From NCBI GenBank assembly GCA_048939245.1, contig JBHLPR010000050.1, positions 1-15,947 on the forward strand: 15,947 bases of DNA, in the 5' to 3' direction. A program made the position numbers and the translations under genes. This stretch comes from Promethearchaeota archaeon. Its GTDB lineage: Archaea; Asgardarchaeota; Hermodarchaeia; Hermodarchaeales; Hermodarchaeaceae. The notes beneath the pieces are model-generated. The model was not told the origin of the DNA, did no database searches, and saw nothing but the letters and a program-made list of their open reading frames with translations. Positions 1-7,574 of the stretch are shown in pieces. How positions within the stretch are numbered: position 1 is the stretch's first letter; the number at the start of each line of letters is the position of its first letter.

Positions 1-1
1 G

Positions 2-814
2 AGAAAGCTCAATGTAGGCGAGGAGTGTTCCTGATACATCCCCCATTAATGCACGACCTTTATCATCAATGAAGAATGCACGGTCGGCATCACCATCAGT
101 AGCAACACCCAAGTTGGCTTTGTGTTTTTTTACTAGTTTTGCAGCTTGATTCAAGAGGTTAACTCGCAAATTAGGAGAACGCCCAGGGAATTTTGAGTCT
201 TGCTTAGTGTTCACCCCGATAATGGTACAACCCATGCGTTTGATTAAATCCAGTAACCAAGGTATTGCAGTACCGTTTGCTGCATCGACTACAATGCGGA
301 ATTTTCGTCGCTGAATGACAGCCACATCGACCTGCTGGAGGACCTTCTTAATCCAGAACGAGCCTACATCACGGATTTCTTTTAACTGACCGTGCTGGTC
401 CCATCTGACAGGTTTTGCCACCGATAAGTTAAATCGTTCAATTTCAATCTCGACATCATGAGAGACTGGAGCGCCATCTTCTCCAAGCACTTCAACCCCA
501 GACATGTGCGCAGGGATATGACTGCCCGTAATGAGTATTGCTCCGGCTAAATTGCAGTACCGAGTATAAAGGCTGACAGCGGGAGTAATTACTTCACCAC
601 CATAATGTGCGTCGGATCCTCCAGCCATTAATCCGCTGGTGACAGCTCGGGTCAAAAGAGGGCTGCTAGTGCGATTATCATGACAGACCAGAATTGGCTC
701 CTGATTGAACACGGTTGCCACGCTATAGCCGATTTGCCACGCGATTTCAGGGCTTAGTTCTTCCGGAACTGACCCCCGAATACCACTGGTTCCAAAACGT
801 GGAGTCCATGCCAT
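2..814 (-). CDS. Alpha-D-phosphohexomutase (PGM/PMM/GlmM family), partial; runs off the window's left edge
   Basis: Not in the ORF track; translated by hand from ATG at 814: MAWTPRFGTSGIRGSVPEELSPEIAWQIG...VCHDNRTSS...ITGSHIPAHMSGVEV...GVATDGDADR. Has the FGTxGIRG start, the catalytic-Ser loop and the DxDxDR metal loop. Confidence 0.93.
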   Translation of the reverse strand, partial: MAWTPRFGTSGIRGSVPEELSPEIAWQIGYSVATVFNQEPILVCHDNRTSSPLLTRAVTSGLMAGGSDAHYGGEVITPAVSLYTRYCNLAGAILITGSHIPAHMSGVEVLGEDGAPVSHDVEIEIERFNLSVAKPVRWDQHGQLKEIRDVGSFWIKKVLQQVDVAVIQRRKFRIVVDAANGTAIPWLLDLIKRMGCTIIGVNTKQDSKFPGRSPNLRVNLLNQAAKLVKKHKANLGVATDGDADRAFFIDDKGRALMGDVSGTLLAYIELS

Positions 815-860
815 GTTAAAGCCTCTGGAATGATTCTGCCCATAAATCCTTGGTCAACGC

Positions 861-921
861 TTTTATACCCCTTTTTATAGGCTGGTTTTTTATACAATGC
901 ATAAAGCAAAGAAGTTAAATT
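861..921. promoter_or_regulatory. Divergent promoter region with TATA-like elements
   Basis: TTTTATA occurs at 861-867, 873-879 and 888-894; the minus strand reads AAAAAGGGG-TATAAAA (BRE+TATA-like) upstream of the mutase. GAAGTTAAAT at 911-920 lies about 30 nt before ATG 947. Confidence 0.5.
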
Positions 922-946
922 CGCTAACTACTGATAGGGAATTAGG

Positions 947-1657
947 ATGCGGGTCGTTAAGTCTGCGGATTCTCTCGGGAATTCTACATCAATGGATGAG
1001 GATCACCTGGCAGCAGTCATTCGTGAGTTTGGACGTTCCATGCGCGAAGTTACCGGCGGTCTTGACGATGCAATGAACCGTTGGGAATCAGCACATCGCA
1101 GTTCACTTCGCCCGATCCGAGTTATTCTCGGCTCATTATCTAAAATTAACTACCTGCGCAATATCGAAGATCTTGGAAAACTAACCTCATTCGATGGCAT
1201 TATCGACCGGGCTCTCACAAAGAACATGGGACTCCTTGATAAGGTGCTTCCGAAGGTATTATCCTTAGCCTCGGATTTTGAGAGTTCTGTCCGAAAAATG
1301 CGTCTGATGAAAAAACGCGTCTCTGAATTGCAACGACGCGGAGCCAATCTCTTAGGAGCAGAAGATAGCGATGAACCGCGAGTTCGTCAGCTTGTTGAAA
1401 ACGTCGATGCTCTGAGCCAGAAACTTTGTCAAATCGTATGTATGTATGAAGACGAGTATCTCTTCCGCATGAAAACGATTCGAAACATCGAGGAGCTACT
1501 GGACCCCAAGGAACTTTATACAAGCCTTCTCCTTTGGACCATGGAGCCCTACTTAGAATCAGACCGCATTGAAACCATCCGCAAAGAAATTGGCACCCAC
1601 ATTGAAGAAACCCGTTCATTAGTTTCTCGACAAAACGTGCCTGCGAATATGTTCTAA
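947..1657 (+). CDS. All-helical/coiled-coil protein; putative CINP / C1orf109(AIRIM)-like eukaryotic signature protein
   Basis: 236-aa amphipathic helical ORF preceded by AGGGA. The C-terminal MYxxExL...DP......L..W...PY.ESD matches human CINP as I remember its sequence; the N-terminal half resembles the C1orf109 family. Confidence refers to the family call; the ORF itself is very likely real. Confidence 0.65.
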   Translation: MRVVKSADSLGNSTSMDEDHLAAVIREFGRSMREVTGGLDDAMNRWESAHRSSLRPIRVILGSLSKINYLRNIEDLGKLTSFDGIIDRALTKNMGLLDKVLPKVLSLASDFESSVRKMRLMKKRVSELQRRGANLLGAEDSDEPRVRQLVENVDALSQKLCQIVCMYEDEYLFRMKTIRNIEELLDPKELYTSLLLWTMEPYLESDRIETIRKEIGTHIEETRSLVSRQNVPANMF

Positions 1658-1734
1658 GCCGCCTGTTAGGTTGAAGTACCCCCACATATTAATACGCAAA
1701 CAGGTAGATTTGAGGTTTATTAGAGGAGACACCG

Positions 1735-3114
1735 TTGACCCGACTTTTCGGCACACAAGGATTTCGTGGCATTGTGAACAAAGAACTCACATCAACGGTT
1801 GCACAAAACATCGGCTTAGCAGTGGCTCGCTATCTGGGACAGCAAAAAACCATTGGAATTGGATGGGATACACGCCAATCTAGCGAAATGATTGGGTTTG
1901 CCTTTACTGCTGGACTGATGGCAGGAGGTTGTGATGCACACATACTAGGTCTGGTTCCCACCCCACTGCTATCTTATGCCATTCCGCACCTCAACCTAGA
2001 TGGTGGAGCGATGATTACTGCGAGCCATAATCCCCCGGAATATAATGGAATCAAACTATGGGGAAAAGACGGCGCATCTTTTTCACCAGAAATGGAGAGG
2101 ACAGTAGAAAAACAATACTTTGCTGAAGCTCCCCCTGAAACACACTGGCAGAATTGTGGACGGCTAAGTCCGGCCGAAGATTTTCGGCTACAATACATTG
2201 AAGGTCTATTGGACCAAATCGACTCACAGCGCCTAATTACACACCAGTTTAATCTAGCGGCAGACTGTGGTGGCGGGGCTGCAACCATGGTTACGCCTGC
2301 ACTATTAAACGCAATAGGAGCTCAAACAAAAGAGCTATTTTGTGAGCCAGATGGCCTTTTTACAAACCGCCTGCCTGAACCAACTGAAAAGAACCTCACA
2401 CAATTGATTCACACCGTGAAAGAAGACCAACTCGATTTGGGAATGGCGTGGGATGGTGATGCGGACCGGATTATTTTCATCACAGAGAAAGGTCGATACT
2501 TAACAGGCGACCGTGTTTTTGCATTAGCTGCATATCATATGCTTCGGGATCTCCAAGAGAAACCGAAACGGATCGTCACACAGGTCGCAACAAGCGATGT
2601 AATTTTTGATGTGGCGTCAGCTGTTGACGCAGAGGTCATTGAAACCAGAGTAGGCGAGCCTTACATCGTCGCTAAGATGAAGGAATCAAATGCGGTAATT
2701 GGCGGTGAGGAAAACGGTGGCGTGGTATATCGTGGTTGGTCCTGGACTCGAGAAGGTTTCCTTACAGCCATTATGATTCTTGAGCTAATGGCTACAGAAG
2801 CCAAATCACTTGAAGAGCTAGATCGACAGTTCCCTTCTTATTTTCAGGTAAAGGATAGGATTCCATGCTCACCACAGCTGAAGGACAAACTGCTACAGCA
2901 AATTACGAAAATAACTCCTGCCGATGCAGACAGTAGCGATATTGATGGGGTGAAACTTCGATACTCAGATGGCTGGGTTTTACTCCGACCATCCGGCACG
3001 GAACCGGTCTTCCGTATCTTTGCCGAAGCAAAGACCAAAACGAGAGCAAAGACCTTATTAAAACAAGCGTATAAAATCGTGGATGAAGCACAAAGGGAAC
3101 TACAGAGTGATTGA
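1735..3114 (+). CDS. glmM: Phosphoglucosamine mutase / phosphomannomutase (alpha-D-phosphohexomutase)
   Basis: LFGTQGFRG, TASHNP (catalytic Ser), DGDADR metal loop, GEENGG sugar loop, LLRPSGTEP phosphate loop. TTG start with GAGGAG at 1723-1728. Substrate (GlcN-P versus Man-P/Glc-P) cannot be resolved from sequence. Confidence 0.9.
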   Translation: MTRLFGTQGFRGIVNKELTSTVAQNIGLAVARYLGQQKTIGIGWDTRQSSEMIGFAFTAGLMAGGCDAHILGLVPTPLLSYAIPHLNLDGGAMITASHNPPEYNGIKLWGKDGASFSPEMERTVEKQYFAEAPPETHWQNCGRLSPAEDFRLQYIEGLLDQIDSQRLITHQFNLAADCGGGAATMVTPALLNAIGAQTKELFCEPDGLFTNRLPEPTEKNLTQLIHTVKEDQLDLGMAWDGDADRIIFITEKGRYLTGDRVFALAAYHMLRDLQEKPKRIVTQVATSDVIFDVASAVDAEVIETRVGEPYIVAKMKESNAVIGGEENGGVVYRGWSWTREGFLTAIMILELMATEAKSLEELDRQFPSYFQVKDRIPCSPQLKDKLLQQITKITPADADSSDIDGVKLRYSDGWVLLRPSGTEPVFRIFAEAKTKTRAKTLLKQAYKIVDEAQRELQSD

Positions 3115-3116
3115 AA

Positions 3117-3539
3117 ATGCGATTGCTAATTTTTCATGGAAATCTTGCATACAAAGCTACCGAGGCCGTGAAGATTAGTATCCGAGATGATGCTGAAGAA
3201 GGCAAGTGGAAACACTTTGAAAACTGCTTAACAGTGTTTTGTGCTGTTGAAGCCTCTGACGAAGAACAGCTATCTGATATCGTGCAAAAAGCTGTCCAAG
3301 AAATTAAGGTTGTTGCTGACCGTGTAAAAGTCAAACTGGTGGTTTTGTACCCCCATGCCCACATTTTCCCACGAAAATTAGCCAAACCCAAGTTTGCCGT
3401 AAAAATCCTACAGGCATTAAGCCAAGCCCTTCAAAAAGAAAGCTTTACGGTCCATCAGACACCCTTTGGCTGGTATAAAGCATTCAAACTTGAATGCTAT
3501 GGACATCCTCTTTCAGAGTCCGGAAGAAGCATCGATTAG
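3117..3539 (+). CDS. Free-standing archaeal threonyl-tRNA synthetase editing domain (Ser-tRNA(Thr) hydrolase)
   Basis: MRLLIFH start, LYPHAHI and TPFGWYKAFKLECYGHPLSE are signatures of the archaeal ThrRS N-terminal editing domain. ATG 3117 is preferred over TTG 3111. Confidence 0.92.
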   Translation: MRLLIFHGNLAYKATEAVKISIRDDAEEGKWKHFENCLTVFCAVEASDEEQLSDIVQKAVQEIKVVADRVKVKLVVLYPHAHIFPRKLAKPKFAVKILQALSQALQKESFTVHQTPFGWYKAFKLECYGHPLSESGRSID

Positions 3540-3585
3540 AGGCTATCAATTCCAATTGAAGAAGCATTAACCAATTATTCAATTG

Positions 3586-5211
3586 TTAGTAGTAACCGAG
3601 TATACTTCTGCTTCTTATGATATGGTCAATACTGGATCTTGAAAAAGAAAATCCGTATTTGTCAAATACCTTTTCAGCAATATCACCAAAGGAATGTCCC
3701 TTTCTTTTCAAAGTTAGAATTTCAATGACAACATCTTCATGATATAAACCTCTACTTTGGTGTCTTCGTTTTCTTAGCATCTTTGCTAGCTTTTCAGCGT
3801 TTATTTGTCGCGAAGTAGCATGCAGGAAAAACGGCAGTCTAGCTGCTTGAATAATACTCTCCGCTTTTCGAATCACCACTTGTTTTCGATCAGATCGTGG
3901 TGAAGACTCAATATTTAAAGTATTTAACAACCGAATCAAGAATGAGATGTTGGGAATGCATGCATTTCCAATTATTTGACCTGTGACACTTGCAAACCCA
4001 TCACCGTCATTTAGAGCTTGAAGGAATTTGTGGCGAATTTCAAAGGGAGCTTTTTGAATCCATTCACACCTTATTGGCTGATATGTGGTACAATTAACTG
4101 ATTCAATTCCCAAAACAGAGCGGAGTATCCATCTTAGGAACGGAGTACGAGAACCATACCAGTGATGTTGTTCATGGCCCAGTTTGGAGAAAACAGGGGT
4201 ACCGAGATTGGCCTTGATGCCTAATTTTCCAAGATAGTAACAGGTTGCCTCACCAACTTTTTCACTCCAATATTTTGCCTTTGTGAGGGTAAGTTCAAAA
4301 CTTGTTGAAGAATAGCTTCTAGTACTATTTTTCGCGGCATCACTTACAATCATACCTAGAACGTAGGCAAACGCGTTTCCTTTGCTAATTTTCCCGAATT
4401 GTGTTTGCCACTCACGCATTTTTTGATCATTTCGCTCAGTGAGTTGACATAAGACCTGTTCTATTTGTTCCCAGGAGTTCAAAGTTTGGGGTACTTGAAT
4501 AAAATTTGAAGGAGAATGAACTCCATATGGATCAATATAAGTTGGTAACCATTTGTTTCCTATCCAAGGAGGTTCTTTAGGGATTTGACTCGCGAGATGA
4601 ATAAAGAAAGGTTTTCCTTCACTAGAAAACCATCTTTTCACCTGTAAACGACTTGCTCCAACCCGAGAGGCAACTTCACTAAAATGACCCCCGCTAGCCA
4701 GCAACTTGAGAGCTAGAAAATATTTGTCAACTTGGAGTAGATGATTACGGGCATTTAATGAAGAGCCTAAATCCTCATTTAGATAGAAGTTAGAAATTCG
4801 TCTTAGAACTTCTTTCGTTGATGAAACACCACAATTTTCATTCTCGATCTCAGTTAACCTAATTTGAGCTTTAGTTTTTGATATACATAGATCAATAAGA
4901 TGGTAAAGCCGTGGTCGACCCTGGCATTTCAGAAACGAATAGGTTGTTTGAATTGAGAAATTTAATTCACGAGCTAGACGAGAAATATCTCCTCTCTTTA
5001 GTTTGAAAGAATCACCTATTTTCTTAATAAGGATAAGATGATTTTCCGCATCAGCGATTAGCTTCAAAAAACGTGGATTGCGTTTTATTCCAGGATAATC
5101 AGTTTCAATAATCTTGTGAAGAGATTCTTTGCTGCTTATTGTTCTTTTTCCTATTTTTGGAAACCAAATATTGATTCGCTTTTTTGACATCCACGGCTCA
5201 ATCAAAGGCAC
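3586..5211 (-). CDS. Free-standing LAGLIDADG-type endonuclease-like protein with several HTH motifs
   Basis: Two LAGLIDADG-like helices, AYVLGMIVSDA (about 4336-4370) and FLQALNDGDG (about 3997-4026), with intein-endonuclease-like spacing. HTH-like segments: ISRLARELNFSIQTTYSFL, FSEVASRVGASRLQVKRWF, HSFGDIAEKV...SRSSIDHII. Very basic protein. Start is GTG 5211 or ATG 5190. Confidence 0.72.
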   Translation of the reverse strand: MPLIEPWMSKKRINIWFPKIGKRTISSKESLHKIIETDYPGIKRNPRFLKLIADAENHLILIKKIGDSFKLKRGDISRLARELNFSIQTTYSFLKCQGRPRLYHLIDLCISKTKAQIRLTEIENENCGVSSTKEVLRRISNFYLNEDLGSSLNARNHLLQVDKYFLALKLLASGGHFSEVASRVGASRLQVKRWFSSEGKPFFIHLASQIPKEPPWIGNKWLPTYIDPYGVHSPSNFIQVPQTLNSWEQIEQVLCQLTERNDQKMREWQTQFGKISKGNAFAYVLGMIVSDAAKNSTRSYSSTSFELTLTKAKYWSEKVGEATCYYLGKLGIKANLGTPVFSKLGHEQHHWYGSRTPFLRWILRSVLGIESVNCTTYQPIRCEWIQKAPFEIRHKFLQALNDGDGFASVTGQIIGNACIPNISFLIRLLNTLNIESSPRSDRKQVVIRKAESIIQAARLPFFLHATSRQINAEKLAKMLRKRRHQSRGLYHEDVVIEILTLKRKGHSFGDIAEKVFDKYGFSFSRSSIDHIIRSRSILGYY

Positions 5212-5445
5212 CAGTAGTATTTTGATACGGAGAAGCGAAATAAACTAAGGGAGACTACCTGCGAAGTAATTCACTTCATAATACTAGATGATATGAAATA
5301 CTGCTTCTGGTCGTAGTATTGATTGACGTGTGCGTGATAGCACAAAGTTTTTGAAGTAAGGACACAAGCTCAACTCAAGCAGTTGTGGGCTCAGCTGAGT
5401 GAACAGCTGACAGCAGCTGCTGTGAATCTTCGAGATGATTGTGTA

Positions 5446-5721
5446 TTGCCATCAAAACGGAAAAGTGGTGGTCGCACTAAAGGCGCGACCGGTCGTGGAG
5501 CCACAGTGCAATGTACTAAATGCGGTAAAGTAGTACCTCGTGATAAAGCTAAAAAACGAACCACACGTGCTTCTTTTGTCGACCCGCAGATGGCGCGGGA
5601 ACTTCGCCGTTCAGGCACTTTTATTCCAAGTCGTCGTGTGACAAAGTGGTATTGTGTCAGTTGTGCAGTTCATAGCGGGGTTGTAGCTATTCGCAGCCGA
5701 AAAGATCGTAAAAAGCGGTAA
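5446..5721 (+). CDS. rps26e: Small-subunit ribosomal protein eS26 (S26e)
   Basis: (M)PSKRKSGGR.KG, VQCTKCGKVVPRDKA and YCVSCAVH zinc ligands. The true start is probably TTG 5446 rather than 5383, because homologues begin MPxKR. Confidence 0.96.
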   Translation: MPSKRKSGGRTKGATGRGATVQCTKCGKVVPRDKAKKRTTRASFVDPQMARELRRSGTFIPSRRVTKWYCVSCAVHSGVVAIRSRKDRKKR

Positions 5722-5790
5722 ATCTTTACGAGGCAAACTGACACCTATATTAGCGCAGAGCACTAGCGGACGGAGGGGCATAGTCTGAAT

Positions 5791-6417
5791 TTGACGATTG
5801 TATTGGATGCTCTACGAGCACGAACCTCTGAGGACTTTCTGATTCGTGATGTCCCAGGCACAAGTGGAAGACTTGATGTGGTATGCCGCATTCTTGTTTC
5901 TGCTTATCGAACCTTACCTGAATTGGCCCCGTTCATTCAGGTGAATGCTGTTCTAGGAGGACCACCAAATCCACCGCTGCGCCTTCGCGTGGATGATGTT
6001 AGCCTTAACGAATTTCCTGAAAGTGAACTGGAATGTGCCCTTATTTTGAAAGGGTTACTTCACGACTATCAAACTGGAAACCAGCCGAGAAACCCACAAT
6101 GGCCTCAATTCACTATCCAACCCCAAGATTTCAAAGAAACCTTGCAAGAGGTTATTCAGAATACAGAACAGATTTTGTATTTAGTCGAAACTGGAGACCC
6201 AATTCACCAAGTACCTTTGGAGCTAAACCACCCCATCGTATTTGTCTTGGGAGATGATCGAGGGCTTTCAGCAGAACACAGGAAAATAGTTTATACACAC
6301 AAGGTTCAAGAGGTTAGCATTGGAACACGAAGCCTTTTGGGAAGTCATGTAGTTACATTAATTCTGCTCGAGTTGATGCGTCGAAACAACAAAGGCCGCC
6401 TAGGAGGTTCTGGATAA
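5791..6417 (+). CDS. trmY: tRNA (pseudouridine54-N1)-methyltransferase, SPOUT family
   Basis: DVPGTSGRLDVVCR, FVLGDDRGL and VSIGTRSLLGSHVVTLI match TrmY/SPOUT knot motifs. GGAGGGG lies upstream; exact start uncertain. Confidence 0.85.
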   Translation: MTIVLDALRARTSEDFLIRDVPGTSGRLDVVCRILVSAYRTLPELAPFIQVNAVLGGPPNPPLRLRVDDVSLNEFPESELECALILKGLLHDYQTGNQPRNPQWPQFTIQPQDFKETLQEVIQNTEQILYLVETGDPIHQVPLELNHPIVFVLGDDRGLSAEHRKIVYTHKVQEVSIGTRSLLGSHVVTLILLELMRRNNKGRLGGSG

Positions 6418-6418
6418 T

Positions 6419-6799
6419 ATGGTAGATAACCCCGATTTCCGTCAAGCTCTTGAGCTCTATTCAAATCATGATACAAAAGCAATGAGACGGCTGATTTCGC
6501 GTACAACAAAAGAGAATCTTTGGTTGTATGTGCTTTCCCTTTTAGAAGAACGCGATTATTTTGCATATGAGGTGCAAGGAGCTATTGACAAACGATATGG
6601 GGTGGAAATGGCGTCGGTGACCGCCTACGTGTTACTCTACAAACTCAAACGGGACGGCCTTGTTGAGCTGAGTGAAGAACGAAAAGAAGGACGCCGCCCA
6701 ACACGAAAATATTACCGAATAACAGAAACCGGTCGTAGGACATTGGAACAGGCTAGGACGTATCTTGATCTTTTGGTGAAGACTCTGAATCCACCCTAG
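6419..6799 (+). CDS. PadR-family winged-helix transcriptional regulator
   Basis: LWLYVLSLLEE...AYEV...AYVLLYKLKRDGLV...RKYYRITETGR. Alternative start at ATG 6482. Confidence 0.9.
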   Translation: MVDNPDFRQALELYSNHDTKAMRRLISRTTKENLWLYVLSLLEERDYFAYEVQGAIDKRYGVEMASVTAYVLLYKLKRDGLVELSEERKEGRRPTRKYYRITETGRRTLEQARTYLDLLVKTLNPP

Positions 6800-7415
6800 A
6801 CAGAGCGCGATAGGCCGCAACTGTCCGTTGGATCACTGTAACATGGGCTAGAATCGCAATTAGTACCACGCCGTAGGCTATCCAATTGTCGAGACCATAG
6901 AAACTTGGTGGGGCAAAAAGGATGCTTAGAATCGTGAGATATTGGAATAGTGTCACAAACATAATGATAATCAATCGTTCTGGTCGTTCAGCAATTCCTA
7001 TTCCAAGTTGGGTAACACCTGCAGCTTCAGCGCGCGCACGAGCATAGCTCACTAGAAGACTGCCAACTAGTGCAACAATCCCCCAAAAAGGTGAGACCCA
7101 CCCTCCGAGAATTATTCCAAAGAGGACAATTGCATCACTGTAACGATCACAGATACTGTCTAACACACCGCCAAATACAGAAGTTTTTCCAGTAGCCCGG
7201 GCAACCGCACCATCAAGAGCATCAATAAACCCAGAAATTAAAAGTAATAGAAGTCCTAATGCCAGTTGTTGTTGAAAATACATCCAAGCTGCTAGAGTTG
7301 CAACGACAGGACCCAAGAGAGTGAACGCATTCGGTGGAATCCGCGATTTCGCTACTACTCGTGCAACAGGAGAGAATATTCGTTTGAATTGCTCTTTGAT
7401 CCGTCCAATAACCAC
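6753..7415 (-). CDS. pgsA: CDP-alcohol phosphatidyltransferase (archaetidylinositol-phosphate synthase / PgsA-like)
   Basis: PNAFT, DALDGAVAR...GGVLDSICDRYSD (family signature DxxDGxxAR...GxxxDxxxD), SYARARAEA, AERPER and several TM helices. The start is probably GTG 7415 or 7424, not 7607, which would overlap the divergent gene. Confidence 0.92.
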   Translation of the reverse strand: MVIGRIKEQFKRIFSPVARVVAKSRIPPNAFTLLGPVVATLAAWMYFQQQLALGLLLLLISGFIDALDGAVARATGKTSVFGGVLDSICDRYSDAIVLFGIILGGWVSPFWGIVALVGSLLVSYARARAEAAGVTQLGIGIAERPERLIIIMFVTLFQYLTILSILFAPPSFYGLDNWIAYGVVLIAILAHVTVIQRTVAAYRALSRVDSESSPKDQDTS

Positions 7416-7574
7416 CGCAATCACGTTCGTTTGAGAATTATCACCCTGTAGACTTGTTCCTATTAATTTTCTTTGTATGGTTGGATAACTCGAAACACTC
7501 AAAAGCCTGTTTTCCGAAGAAAGCTTATTGGAAGCAGTGGACTTCCACTTTTTCTGGGAGCCCGTGACACCGTC

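Noticed and set aside
1215-1685. 156-aa antisense ORF, plus the other short antisense or alternate-frame ORFs inside recognised genes
   Set aside because: They are shadows of well-supported genes, with no motifs, unusual composition and no initiation signals.
1671-1883. 70-aa ORF overlapping the glmM start
   Set aside because: Out of frame with glmM, spans its promoter/SD region and has no recognisable features.
3523-3584. GAAGAAGCAT direct repeat (3523-3532, 3558-3567) and four CAATT copies
   Set aside because: Both copies lie on the same side of the putative insertion, so this is not a target-site duplication; it is too short and irregular for a CRISPR or tandem array.
3542-5341. GCTATCA (3542-3548) / TGATAGC (5335-5341) as terminal inverted repeats around the LAGLIDADG gene
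   Set aside because: Only 7 bp, plausible by chance in flanks of this length; no target-site duplication and no transposase.
5383-5445. 21-aa N-terminal extension of eS26 in the ORF track
   Set aside because: Homologues start at MPxKR; TTG 5446 fits and the extension is not eS26-like.
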